A program made the translations under genes and the position numbers. From Eledone cirrhosa (lineage: Eukaryota), in NCBI GenBank assembly GCA_964016885.1, contig OZ024742.1:268460001-268524000 (forward strand): a DNA stretch of 64,000 nucleotides, given 5' to 3'. Every line of letters starts with the position of its first letter. Position 1 is the first letter of the stretch. The notes below the pieces were generated by a model. That model was not told where the DNA came from. It saw nothing but the letters and a program-made list of their open reading frames with translations, and did no database searches. Shown one piece after another: positions 1 through 12,940 of this stretch.

Positions 1-2010
1 TTTCACAAGCCATTCATCTACTCCTAGTTTTCTAAGAGCCCACCAGATTAAAGCGCCGGGAAAGGCTTTCTCGAGATCGACGAATGCCAGGTAGAGTGGC
101 TTACATTTTAGCTAGGTGCTTTTCCTGTAACTGCCTCACAGGGAAGAGGGCATCAGTGGTGCCTCTTCCTGGCACAATCTCAAATTGAATCTCATCTAGT
201 TTCACCCGGTCCCTAATCAACTGTGCTATAACTCTTTCTGTTACTTTAATGACCTTGTCCATCAGCTTTATACCTCTATAGTTTCCTCTATCTAGTGCAT
301 CACATTTACCTTTGTAGCAGTTAACAATGATGCTACTGCACCAATCCTTTGGTATGACACCTTCTAGGATTACCTGGTTAACAATACGTGTGGTTATGGT
401 TTGACCTACCGACACAGAAACCTTCAGCATCCCAGCAGCTAAACCCGATGGACCGATTGCCTTCCCCGTCTTCCTATCTTTGATTGCCTTACTTACTACG
501 CTGCTGCTGACTTGTACTGCTGAGCACTCTATAGGGTCTGCTTGGGGTAGGGTCGCTTCTTCCCATGCATTCTCCTCATTTACTAATCTATCATAATGGC
601 TCTTCCACTCATCTTTCTTCTCAGCACTTGTGAGGGCAAGCTCACCTATCATTCCGGATACACTTCTCTCCAATAACATCACACTCCTTTCTAACACGCT
701 GCCTCGCAATCTTGAACACCTCATGATTCTGGTCCTCACGATGCAAAACATTATTGAAATTTCTATCCTCTGCTTCCCTCCTAGCTAAGTATACTTGTCG
801 CCTAGCTTCCCTCCTGGTCTCTATGTAATACCCTGCTTCCCCCGTTCTTCCATTCTTTCCATGCCTGTCTATTGGCCTTAACTGGCTCATCTAACTTATT
901 GTTCCACCACCAAGTCACTCTGCTCCTGGCTGTAGTATTACTCCAGCCACAGATCTCATCCGTCGCCTCTACTAAGTTATTTTTTTATGAACTCCCAGTG
1001 CTCTTCTACATTGAATGTCTGTATATGTTCTTCTTTACTGTAATACGCGTTGAGTAAAATATCTTTAAATCTATTACTGGCTGAGGGGTCTTTCAGCTTC
1101 CAGATCTTTATTCTCCAGGTTGGCTACTGTTTCCAGGTTCGTCTAGTTCTGACCGTGAGGTCGCTGACAACTAAGCTATGTTGGGAGGTACATTCCTCAC
1201 TATGGAAAGCTTTTGAGTTTACGACCGTCCATCTTTCACGTCCTCTGATGAGGATAAAATCTATCTGGCTAGAATGCTCCCCTGATCTATAGGTGATCAG
1301 GTGGTTGTCGGGGTTTTTTACGTTTGTGTTACATATCGACATGTCATTGGAGTCGCAGAATTCTAGAAGCCTGAATCCTTCTTCATTTCTTGTGCCAACC
1401 CCATGGCCTCCATGGACTCTATAGAAGCCGTCACGGTGTTTACCTGCGTATCCGTTAAAATCTCCTGCAATGATTAGGAAGTCATTGTCGTTTGTTAGAG
1501 CAGTAGTGTGCATTAGGGACTCGTAAAACCTATCTTTAAGTTCGTCTGGCAACCCCGATTGGGGTGCGTAAGCTGATATTATTGTGGTAATTGTTTTATT
1601 CAGGACTAGTCTGAGTTTAATGATTCTTGCATTCACTCTGTTCACTGAGATTACCTTATCTACCCATTTGTCAGCTAGTAGGATACCTATACCACCCATC
1701 CCATCGTCATTTCCCACCCAGAAAAATTTGTAGCACTGACTTTTTCCTACAAGGACTCTAGCAGACTCTCCCCTCCATCTAGTCACTTGCACACAGCATA
1801 CAACAATTTCCTTTCGCTCTAGCACCTCTACGATTTCTCCTGCTATTCCTTTCATTATGCTTACATTGATGGTACAACTCGGAGTTTTGGCCATTTGTCA
1901 ACACTCGTGGGAAAGGGTCGATTTTTGCAGGGGTGTGTGTGTGTGCTTCCTGTCGCTGAATTAAAGCTACACATGGGTGCTTGCTAGCTCGCGGATTCAT
2001 ATTCATTTTC
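1..2010 (-). pseudogene. RTE-clade non-LTR retrotransposon ORF remnant (APE endonuclease + N-terminal RT), frameshifted
   Basis: ORF 1124-1894 has APE motifs (ISAYAPQ, GDFNG, SQIDFIL, SQH). ORF 101-751 has RT motifs (NYRGIKL, QF..VPGRGTTDA). The frames are broken by stops and frameshifts and the element runs off the window start. Confidence 0.9.
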
Positions 2011-2269
2011 ATTTATTAATTCGGGGTTGCTCCATTTATTCTCAGCTCATCCATACATAGCGATAGGAGAATTCAGGGCTAGAAGAACAGTGGTGGTGGT
2101 AATAATGGAGGGTGTGTTGGGGCTGGGACGGTGAGGAGAGAGTTAGGTAGTAGTAGAATTGGCAGAGTTTGTTGGGGTTGGTAATGGGTGGGGGGCTGCT
2201 GAGGATTGATTGGTCGAAAATACTATGGTGGTGTTAATGGATGGGCAGGAGGGAAATTGTGAGATAGCC

Positions 2270-3200
2270 ATCATGGCTTATAGAACAATTTGTACTACCA
2301 CTACAAGAAACCCAACGAGAACTTACACTATATATACCGCTATTCCAAGTATTCAAGGAACATTACCAATAATCTAGTATCAAATATCTCCCTCCACGTA
2401 TCACCCTTGTCCACAAATAAGCGTATCTTCAACGAACTCGCGTCGTACTACAACCAGACCTTCAAAAGAAGCGGCTTCAGGGAGGACCTTCACTCTTATC
2501 CAGGCCCTTCTAGCGGATATAGCAGGCGATGCTGTCGCTCAGGCCACGTAACGTGGTTCTATCCTCCCACAATGCTCCGGTCGTAACACCAATTGGGAGG
2601 ATTTTCTTCAGACTTCCCAATGAACACTTCTCATCTAAACAACGCTACCACAATGTCATCAATAGAAGCACTGGTAAATTTTCATACAACACTACACCCA
2701 ACTTTGCACAAGATGTCGCTTCATCTAACAATATAAACCTCTACTCTAACAGAAACAACAACGATATAATTGGTGAGCAAAACAAAAATTGCAACTGTCT
2801 GCATAGATCATCGTGTCCCCTCTAGAACAGATGCCACGAATGAAACGTGGTTTACCAGTGCAACGTTAGGACTGAACATTCCAACAAGGCCTATATCGGA
2901 TTAACCACATACGAGTTTAAGACCCAGTACTACCAACACCTACATTCATTCAGACACCCGACCCGGCGAAATGCCACGGCAATTTCTGGCCGTGTTTGGA
3001 ACCTCCAAGACAACACATTACCTATCGTTTAACATGGACCCTACTTACCAGGGCAATATCTTACTCGGGAGGCCGCACTCCGTGCAATATTTGCTCAATA
3101 CAGATGCTGTTTGCAAAGGAGCAATTGTGAAACAAAAAGGATGAACTCTTTACGTCGTGTAAACACAGAACATATATGACATATCTTCAAACCCCCTCAA
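2270..3200 (+). pseudogene. Penelope-like element remnant (C-terminal RT thumb + GIY-YIG endonuclease)
   Basis: YKKPNENLHYI (PLE thumb motif), CNC..CPL linker, and VYQC...AYIGLT..FK..Y.QH.HSF GIY-YIG motif across broken ORFs 2290-3032. Confidence 0.85.
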
Positions 3201-4389
3201 GACCCCTGTGTCTAGATCTTGGCTTTACTATCCTTCCCAATTAGATAAAGGAATCCCCAAGCATCCTAATGTAGAAATTGAATATTTTTGTTATTGTTAC
3301 AACTTCCTAACATCCTTAGGTAGAACTTTGTATATTGTCATTATTATATATTTTCTCCATGGTAAACATTCCCTAAATTTCCTTAGGTAGAAATAGAATA
3401 CATTAATTCTTGCTAAACTATAATTATTGCCCTATGGAACTAGCCGAATAGATAGCTGTGACACTTTACTAGATTTATTACCAATAATTTAACCATGATG
3501 CACAAACTTACTCGTAGCTATTACCGGACTGCCGCTATGGCACGTAAGGTATATAGATCTAACGTGTACTAGCATATAAACTTCTATCATGCAAATGCGC
3601 AAGTACCATCACTTATTATAGCATCAGAATTGTTAAGGAAAGCTATTAATTGAACTGTATTTATATTTCTTCCGATGCCCATGGAAGGCGAGGGCTGTAA
3701 TATACATGTTAGATTCACACTTTGAGGAACATACTTTACTACAGAACTTTAGCTAACTTACAAACAGTATGAGATACAAAATAACTAGTACTATCTTTAA
3801 CATTAAGACTAGATTTAGGGTGTTTGAAAACAAGTAAAAAAAACATGATAGTGAATGCCATGTCACGGAGCAATCGATAACTAGATTTCTCTATGATGAG
3901 GAGAAATAGTAATAAATTATAAATGTTTAGCCTTTTAGCAAATTGTAAAGATATAGCAAAAAACATAAATACTCTTTGGCTGAAATGCGCTGAAAATATA
4001 TTTTCTCTTGTTGAGTTTCTTTCTCTCTTGAAATGAAGTTTACCACAAAACCATTTCTACAGATTGGAAATAGTTGATAAAGATTAAATCTCACTTAATA
4101 ATCTGTGTGCGTGGCTGACTAGCTAGGCACTTTCTGGTCCATTAGTCTACCGACTCCCCTCTCAGTTTAGCATATCTAGCACCTCGCCGCTAAAAAACGT
4201 AATAAATAAAATACACGATATTTAGCAGGATTACACCAGCCATTTGATCTATCGTAACTCCAGCCACTACCCACATCACTGACCAGTCCCGAGAAAAACT
4301 AAAAAATAACAAGCTCTTAAGTTTTTTGTTATTTTTTTTGGTATTTGCTTTGACTGTATACCCATATATAGACTGTACTACTTGATAAT

Positions 4390-4562
4390 TTCAGTTAGAT
4401 TCCCGCCGTTCGAAGACCGGTGATTCAGTTGAGATCTAGCTGTCGAAATGGCAGGAGATTCAGTTCAGATCTAGCTGTCGAAATGGCGGAAGCTCAGCCG
4501 GCAGGGTCCTGAATCTTATCGGACGGAACTGTAAAAGGTAGACATACATTCATCCATGCATA
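4390..4562. repeat. Short dispersed element with internal ~37-bp subrepeats (gattcagttcagatctagctgtcgaaatggc)
   Basis: Same sequence recurs at 8020-8209 (partly inverted) and a relative occurs at 55455-55581. It abuts (TA)n. Confidence 0.7.
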
Positions 4563-4577
4563 TATATATATATATAT

Positions 4578-7500
4578 TGGATTAAATGCTCTGAAATAGC
4601 GATATATATGTGAAGATAGACATAGAATATTCGAAAATATTCTGTATGTTTATAATAAACATTTTGAAGACCTAATCGCTATAGAATAGAATACGTCACG
4701 TATTACAATTAGATTCTCGATAAAAGCAAGGGAAGTAACCTACGCGTTTCATTCTTATTAGAAATCTTCAGGATTACATATCCAGTGCTTTTATCGAGAA
4801 TGACACAGCTAGAGACTTATAGAATACTTAGCTGTGTACAGGAACTGGTTTGAAAGAGCGGTTGCCGGTCCGGCAGAAATTAGAAATTGGATTAAATGCT
4901 CTGAAATAGCGATATATATGTGAAGATAGACATAGAATATTCGAAAATATTCTGTATGTTTATAATAAACATTTTGAAGACCTAATCGCTATAGAATAGA
5001 ATACGTCACGTATTACAATTAGATTCTCGATAAAAGCAAGGGAAGTAACCTACGCGTTTCATTCTTATTAGAAATCTTCAGGATTACATATCCAGTGCTT
5101 TTATCGAGAATGACACAGCTAGAGACTTATAGAATACTTAGCTGTGTATAGGAACTGGTTTGAAAGAGCGGTTGCCGGTCCGGCAGAAATTAGAAATTGG
5201 ATTAAATGCTCTGAAATAGCGATATATATGTGAAGATAGACATAGAATATTCGAAAATAGTCTGTATGTTTATAATAAACATTTTGAAGACCTAATCGCT
5301 ATAGAATAGAATACGTCACGTATTACAAGTAGATTCTCGATAAAAGCAAGGGTAGTAACCTACGCGTTTCATTCTTATTAGAAATCTTCAGGATTACATA
5401 TCCAGTGCTTTTATCGAGAATGACACAGCTAGAGACTTATAGAATACTTAGCTGTGTACGGGAACTGGTTTGAAAGAGCGGTTGCCGGTCCGGCAGAAAT
5501 TAGAAATTGGATTAAATGCTCTGAAATAGCGATATATATGTGAAGATAGACATAGAATATTCGAAAATATTCTGTATGTTTATAATAAACATTTTGAAGA
5601 CCTAATCGCTATAGAATAGAATACGTCACGTATTACAATTAGATTCTCGATAAAAGCAAGGGAAGAAACCTACGCGTTTCATTCTTATTAGAAATCTTCA
5701 GGATTACATATCCAGTGCTTTTATCGAGAATGACACAGCTAGAGACTTATAGAATACTTAGCTGTGTACAGGAACTGGTTTGAAAGAGCGGTTGCCGGTC
5801 CGGCAGAAATTAGAAATTGGATTAAATGCTCTGAAATAGCGATATATATATGAAGATAGACATAGAATATTCGAAAATATTCTGTATGTTTATAATAAAC
5901 ATTTTGAAGACCTAATCGCTATAGAATAGAATACGTCACGTATTACAATTAGATTCTCGATAAAAGCAAGTGAAGTAACCTACGGGTTTCATTCTTATTA
6001 GAAATATTCAGGATTACATATCCAGTGCTTTTATCGAGAATGACACAGCTAGAGACTTATAGAATACTTAGCTGTGTACAGGAACTGGTTTAAAAGAGCG
6101 GTTGCCGGTCCGGCAGAAATTAGAAATTGGATTAAATGCTCTGAAATAGCGATATATATGTGAAGATAGACATAGAATATTCGAAAATATTCTGTATGTT
6201 TATAATAAACATTTTGAAGACCTAATCGCTATAGAATAGAATACGTCACGTATTACAATTAGATTCTCGATAAAAGCAAGGGAAGTAACCTACGCGTTTC
6301 ATTCTTATTAGAAATCTTCAGGATTACATATCCAGTGCTTTTATCGAGAATGACACAGCTAGAGACTTATACAATACTTTGCTGTGTACAGGAACTGATT
6401 TGAAAGAGCGGTTGCCGGTCCGGCAGAAATTAGAAATTGGATTAAATGCTCTGAAATAGCGATATATATGTGAAGATAGACATAGAATATTCGAAAATAT
6501 TCTGTATGTTTATAATAAACATTTTGAAGACCTCATCGCTATAGAATAGAATACGTCACGTATTACAATTAGATTCTCGATAAAAGCAAGGGAAGTAACC
6601 TACGCGTTTCATTCTTATTAGAAATCTTCAGGATTACATATCCAGTGCTTTTATCGAGAATGACACAGCTAGAGACTTATAGAATACTTAGCTGTGTATA
6701 GGAACTGGTTTGAAAGAGCGGTTGCCGGTCCGGCAGAAATTAGAAATTGGATTAAATGCTCTGAAATAGCGATATATATGTGAAGATAGACATAGAATAT
6801 TCGAAAATATTCTGTATGTTTATAATAAACATTTTGAAGACCTAATCGCTATAGAATAGAATACGTCACGTATTCCAAGTAGATTCTCGATAAAAGCAAG
6901 GGAAGTAACCTACGCGTTTCATTCTTATTAGAAATCTTCAGAATTACATATCCAGTGCTTTTATCGAGAATGACACAGCTAGAGACTTATAGAATACTTA
7001 GCTGTGTACAGGAACTGGTTTGAAAGAGCGGTTGCCGGTCCGGCAGAAATTAGAAATTGGATTAAATGCTCTGAAATAGCGATATATATGTGAAGATAGA
7101 CATAGAATATTCGAAAATATTCTGTATGTTTATAATAAACATTTTGAAGACCTAATCGCTATAGAATAGAATACGTCACGTATTACAATTAGATTCTCGA
7201 TAAAAGCAAGGGAAGTAACCTACGCGTTTCATTCTTATTAGAAATCTTCAGGATTACATATCCAGTGCTTTTATCGAGAATGACACAGCTAGAGACTTAT
7301 AGAATACTTAGCTGTGTACAGGAACTGGTTTGAAAGAGCGGTTGCCGGTCCGGCAGAAATTAGAAATTAGATTAAATGCTCTGAAATAGCGATATATATG
7401 TGAAGATAGACATAGAATATTCGAAAATATTCTGTATGTTTATAATAAACATTTTGAAGACCTAATCGCTATAGAATAGAATACGTCACGTATTACAATT

Positions 7501-7855
7501 AGATTCTCGATAAAAGCAAGTGAAGTAACCTACGCGTTTCATTCTTATTAGAAATATTCAGGATTACATATCCAGTGCTTTTATCGAGAATGACACAGCT
7601 AGAGACTTATAGAATACTTTGCTGTGTACAGGAACTGATTTGAAAGAGCGGTTGCCGGTCCGGCAGAAATTAGAAATTGGATTAAATGCTCTGAAATAGC
7701 GATATATATGTGAAGATAGACATAGAATATTCGAAAATATTCTGTATGTTTATAATAAACATTTTGAAGACCTAATCGCTATAGAATAGAATACGTCACG
7801 TATTACAATTAGATTCTCGATAAAAGCAAGGGAAGTAACCTACGCGTTTCATTCT
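4578..7855 (-). repeat. 310-bp tandem array, 10 full copies + 1 partial, each unit with a hammerhead ribozyme motif (retrozyme-like)
   Basis: attaaatgct recurs at 4581, 4891, 5201 ... 7681 (exact 310 period). Units differ by only a few substitutions. (TA)n lies on the left, and on the right after a short inverted copy. Confidence 0.95.
4713..4801 (-). ncRNA. Type I hammerhead ribozyme (first array copy; repeats every 310 bp)
   Basis: Minus strand reads GTAATC-CTGAAGA-tTTCT aata AGAAt-GAAAC-GC-GTA/GGTTAC. Stem I is GTAATC/GGTTAC, extended past an internal loop by the 16-bp helix attctcgataaaagca/tgcttttatcgagaat. Stem III ACGCGT is palindromic. Predicted cleavage lies between 4741 and 4740. 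Confidence 0.85.
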
Positions 7856-7856
7856 C

Positions 7857-7970
7857 GTAATCCTGAAGATTTCTAATAAGAATGAAACGCGTATTCTATT
7901 CTATAGCGATTAGGTCTTCAAAATGTTTATTATAAACATACAGAATATTTTCGAATATTCTATGCCTATC

Positions 7971-7975
<5 letters not shown>
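7857..7975 (+). repeat. Inverted, internally deleted partial copy of the 310-bp unit
   Basis: Reverse complement of unit sequence (approx. 4606-4777) lacking 49 nt, followed by (TA)n. Confidence 0.9.
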
Positions 7976-8019
<44 letters not shown>

Positions 8020-8023
<4 letters not shown>

Positions 8024-8113
8024 AGATTCAGGACCCTGCCGGTTGAGCACCGGTGATTCAGTTCAGATCTAGCTGTCGAAATGGCCGGAGCTCAGCCGGC
8101 AGGGTCTGAATCT

Positions 8114-8166
<53 letters not shown>

Positions 8167-8209
8167 CATAGATGAATGTATGACTACCTTTACAGTTCCG
8201 TCCGATAAT
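8020..8209. repeat. Foldback copy of the 4390-4562 element
   Basis: aagattcaggaccctgccggttgagc ... gctcagccggcagggtctgaatctt form inverted arms. 8163-8209 is the reverse complement of approx. 4515-4562. Confidence 0.75.
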
Positions 8210-8237
8210 ATACATGTGGAAGCACACGCCTCTCTTC

Positions 8238-8529
8238 CGTTGCCAATAAGAAACACACGCCAATTGCTTTCACTTCAATTTATTATAAATTAAATTTATA
8301 AATTTAGGAATTTATAAATTTCCAGTTGGTTGGTTGGTTGGTTGGTTCCACAACCAGACGATTGTTCATATATTGTCAAAGTTCTTTCGTCACACATTAT
8401 GTGACCACTTCAGTGATTGGGGATTATTTTCTGGTGCGTGTGTTTCTTATTGGCAACATGACCCTCCCAAAGCATAACAATATCGGTTTCAACACACGTT
8501 TTCAGATAAAGAATATTGCTAAAAAATGC

Positions 8530-8530
<1 letters not shown>
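8238..8530. mobile_element. Penelope-like 3' terminal (pseudo-LTR) fragment with an inverted terminal segment
   Basis: 8238-8425 matches approx. 24658-24830 and 42214-42395. 8432-8525 is the reverse complement of approx. 24590-24680. It ends in (TA)n. Confidence 0.8.
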
Positions 8531-8610
<80 letters not shown>

Positions 8611-8759
8611 AAAAAAAATATATATGAATATAGATTTGAAAGAGTTGAAGACAGTTTTGCATATTGCTATTGTTTCGGTATTAAGTTAACAGAAATAATA
8701 ATGACAAGAATAATAACAAATATATAAGTAGTAATAATAAAATAAATATTCGAATGAGA

Positions 8760-10420
8760 AAAGAAAGACCTATGGGCAACTGAAGTAACCCCACCAATCC
8801 TGATCGAGGCTACGAGGGCCACCGGGAAGTGCACCCTTCTCTCCCTCAAATTAATTAGTGTATCTCCTGGTATCACATGCCAATAGTTGTTGCTGTTGTT
8901 GTTATTGTCGCCACCAATACGAAACGAACCCTCAAAGAGTTCCTTCACGCAAAGAATCATAAATGGCCACCTGATAATAAGCATAAGGGTTTCATTTATT
9001 GGCCACTAGGGCTATTATATGGGTGACAATACAAAGACTGGGACATTGGGGTGATACAACCCATCACACAACAAATTAAGAAAGACATTTAACAATCGAA
9101 GTACATAACATACACAAAACTATAAAATATATAACAAAATGAATTCCCCAATAGGGGTTAAACCACACAAGAGCAAAATAGGTAGTCCACCAAACCTGAT
9201 CCAACCGGTGACAGACGCCGTAGGCCATCGATGTAGTGATTGAAAACCTGACCCGTCTCCCACCCCCTCCCACCCCGAACAGCTGAGCAAATTCCTGGCG
9301 AAAGGTCTCTCACATCTGCTTGGAATCGTACAACTTGCGTTCGTTTCAGTCCGTCAAAGATGAAATCGTGGTTTTGTTACCACGTTGTGCCTTCTCTATG
9401 AGGGCCCATCAAACAGCATTGATTCTCTCGTTTCTTAAAAAATACGCCTTAGCTCTGACAATGCAACCTTCGTGTATAGCATTAAAGACATTTTCTAATG
9501 CCATTCTCGCCGCTAGAACCTCAGAGACAATGTCACTGGTTAAAAGAAGGTGGCGGAGCAATCTTCACGATGACTCAGCTGATAGCTGGATCCATCCTAC
9601 ACGCGACTGCAGATATTCGACATAAACTCACAAGTCAGCGATGATAGGACACTAGACGAATGCGTGCAGGATGGTCTCGTTGCCCAACGCACATCTCGGA
9701 TAAGCCCAGAATTCAGAAAATTATTCACTGGCACTGGAGCGAATGTCTTCCCGAAAGGAATAGCTAGTTAGCTTTCGTCGACACCCAGAATTTCCCCAAG
9801 GATGCCATCGTTCTGGCCCTCCACTAACCCTCTATAGAACGCCAGGGATTAGTTTCCACTGATCACATCACCCGCCTGGCCGAGAGCTGCGGGTGCTTGA
9901 AGACATTCCAGTCTCCAAGCGTTTCATCTCGGTATTCGCTTGACCTAGAACTGGGGAAAGTCAAAGAAGCGGAAGATGAGGTAGAGATGCCGTAGTCTAA
10001 GCGCACGTCTGCACATCATCAGCCACAGCTTGCCCAGCCCTCCACGTAGTGAGTGTAGACAGCTGATGGACCCCCTGATCATCGGAGCGCCTCCGTTCCA
10101 TAAAAGGTTAAAGAGCCATCGCTCCAGTGCATCAGGCGAGGCTTAGGACAAGGCACGACCGCTAGGCAGAAATAGATGACGGATACGATATACGCGTTCG
10201 TCACCTCCGCTCGACATTTCACGTATCGCTTCCTCTCGGCACATTTCTGGGTGAGAGAGGCCACCCACTTCGTCACCTCATCCGGCTTTTGTCCGTCTGG
10301 AGGTCCTGACAGAAGCAGACCTCCAGCAATTTAACCAGTTCGTCAATCGCCCAACGACGCTGTTGGACGGCATGGACCTACCTCACCAGGTACCAATCCG
10401 TAGGCCCACCGGCATGTCAT
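8760..10420 (-). pseudogene. Tx1/L1-clade LINE ORF2 C-terminal remnant plus probable 3' UTR
   Basis: RAEVTNAYIVSVIYFCLAVVPCP (ORF 10079-10276) and a decayed zinc knuckle PRCALGNETILHAFV*CP near 9650-9700. Confidence 0.7.
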
Positions 10421-11219
10421 GTTTAATCATTTCACTTCTCACCACCTTGTATTCTCTCACGGTAGTGCCGATCGCCTCAATCTGTTTGGCGCTCGATGGT
10501 AGAATTAAAGCATGATTCTGACAAAAGGGACAAAAGGGGAAAATAATGAGTTAACAACAATAATAATCTACTAATATAATAGTCTTGAATATCGGTATCG
10601 CACTGTAGATGTTTGAGGAAGGAACGGGTGATTACGTCGATCGAGAAAGGAAGTGGTGATAACGTTGGCTGAGGAAGGAAGAGTTGATAACATCGACTGA
10701 GGAAAGAGAGGGTAAAAATAATGATTACATTCACCCACATTTATGGGATGATTGAAGACTGAGGTGGTGAGAAAGTATAGGTGTTTAGCGTTCTAAAAGT
10801 CGTCACAGTTGTGTGTTTGTATATCTGTTTCATTTGTGTGAGTGAGTGCGAAGGAACCAAACAAAACAGATCTCTCTTTTATAAAATGTATAGATATTAC
10901 AATTAGCCGTCATTTAGTATATATAATATACCAGCTAGTATATATAATGAAGAGAAAGAAAAACGCGATTGGAAGAAACCAAAGTATCAACAACTGCAGC
11001 TATGATATTACCAATTGAATTCAACTTCACGTGATACAAGAAATAATGGTATGACGGATATGAAATATATCCGCCTCTAAACGAGTATACTTACACAATG
11101 ATATTATTCTGAAAGGAATGCTATATTGTTCAGATTTGTTTTAACTAGAAATGAAAGCTAACAAATATTCTCAACTTTCATTTATTGATCCCCATTCCTG
11201 AAATGAAAAGCATTAACAC

Positions 11220-11800
11220 TTTTTCAAACCAGTTAACATCATCATAAACCCCGAAAGCGTTAAATCCCTAACAATCCCCATCCTATTCGTTTATACTTTC
11301 TTCACTGTCATCGGTATTAGTAGCCGCAGCAGCAGCATTAGCCCACAGTAGTCTCATCACCAGCATTATCATGACTATCATTACCAATATCATCCACCCA
11401 AATCCCTTCCAGCATCATAATCAAAGCAGCAGGCGGTCAATTATCGTCTTCAAGGAATTCATCATTATCGATGTTATCATCAACCTCATCATCAGCACCA
11501 CCACCAATACCATCATCACGATTATCATCATTATCACCATTCGTTATCTTCATCATCATCATTATCATTATAATGACCGTCCTCACAAATATCCTCATCA
11601 TTATGTCCACTAAGGACATCATAACCATCATAATTTAAACCGTGGCATAATCAGCTGCAAGATAATCAGAATCATAGCCCATATCAATGATTTTATTATC
11701 ATAGAATACAATACTACAAGCCAATAAAATTAACACATGAGTAACATCGGCATTAACTTTATCTTTATCTTTATCCTCCTCCTCCTCCTCCTCCTCCTCC

Positions 11801-11840
<40 letters not shown>

Positions 11841-11942
11841 CCCTCCTCTTCCTCCTCCTCCTTCTCCTCCTCCTCCTCCTACTCATCCTCCTACTCCACC
11901 TCATCCTCCTCCTCCTCCTCCTCCTCCTCCTCCTCCTCCTCC

Positions 11943-11987
<45 letters not shown>

Positions 11988-12045
11988 CCATCATCATCAC
12001 CATCATCATCATCACCATCATCATTCCATTCACCACCAATATTGA
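11220..12045. repeat. Compound (ATC)n/(TCC)n trinucleotide low-complexity tract
   Basis: Directly visible. Confidence 0.95.
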
Positions 12046-12559
12046 ATCAATATCTATAAAACAAACGATAAATGCATTTTGGAAGTTAATGAATCTATGA
12101 CGCAATATATATTAAAATGAAAAATTAATTTTAATGTTATCATATTTAATGTAATGATTATTATACGTATGACTAGAAATATGCATAGGCTTGATAAAAT
12201 GAGATATTGTTTTAATTAATTCAGTAACTAAAATGAAAATTACTATGGACTTGTTTCAGTATTCTTCGAAGTATCTAACAAGGAACAAAATACAGCCTAT
12301 TTGAGGTGTAGGTGTAAGTGATGTTGCATACTTCTCTTCTACTTAGAATTTACCAACCAGATAACTACATTCACAAGTAAACCTAATTAATTATTCAATA
12401 TACACGGGATTGGATATACCTACATCAGTTATCTATCTATATATATCTATGCGTCTACCTATGTCTCTCTATTTGTTCTCTCTCTCTCCATCTCTCTCTT
12501 TCCATCTCTCTCTATCGATCTATCTAGCTATCAAACTATCTATCTATCTATCTATCTAT

Positions 12560-12940
12560 ATCTCTATATATATAGTAAAAATATATACAAAACCAAAGTC
12601 CGAACAGGGCTCGATAAGGATTTTATATATATATATGTTTATATAAACTCTTAGAGCAAATATTTGTTATTAGTAGCGATTAAAGTTTAAGCGAAGAATT
12701 TCTTCTTTCACCCTATGCAGGTTCTTCTGAAACTGAGAAAATTCAATCTGTAGAGGTAGAAGTAAATATAAAAAAAAAAAGTTACAACCGAAAGGAAACA
12801 AGAAGACATATCGGTAGTTCAAGAAGACTTTCTCTGGCGATGGGTGATATATATGCAAGAATATTTACGTCATTATGAAGAGCGAGAAGAACAATTTCTT
12901 GCTCTGAAATATGCATGTTTTTGCTATTAAAATATCAGGA
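12560..12940 (+). mobile_element. Non-autonomous Helitron-like fragment
   Basis: Homologous to 44410-44770 (gggctcgataa, tttaagc.aagaat, ttctgaaact, ctggcgatgg). TC(TA)n-type start. Confidence 0.5.

Noticed and set aside
1244-1262. ctgatga hammerhead-like heptamer
   Set aside because: It lies antisense within the RTE endonuclease coding region and has no GAAA or supporting stems.
4578-7855. CRISPR-like array
   Set aside because: Units are contiguous 310-bp repeats with no unique spacers, and the context is eukaryotic.
11371-12105. Poly-M/R/D/E and poly-P/H ORFs
   Set aside because: Translation artefacts of trinucleotide repeats.
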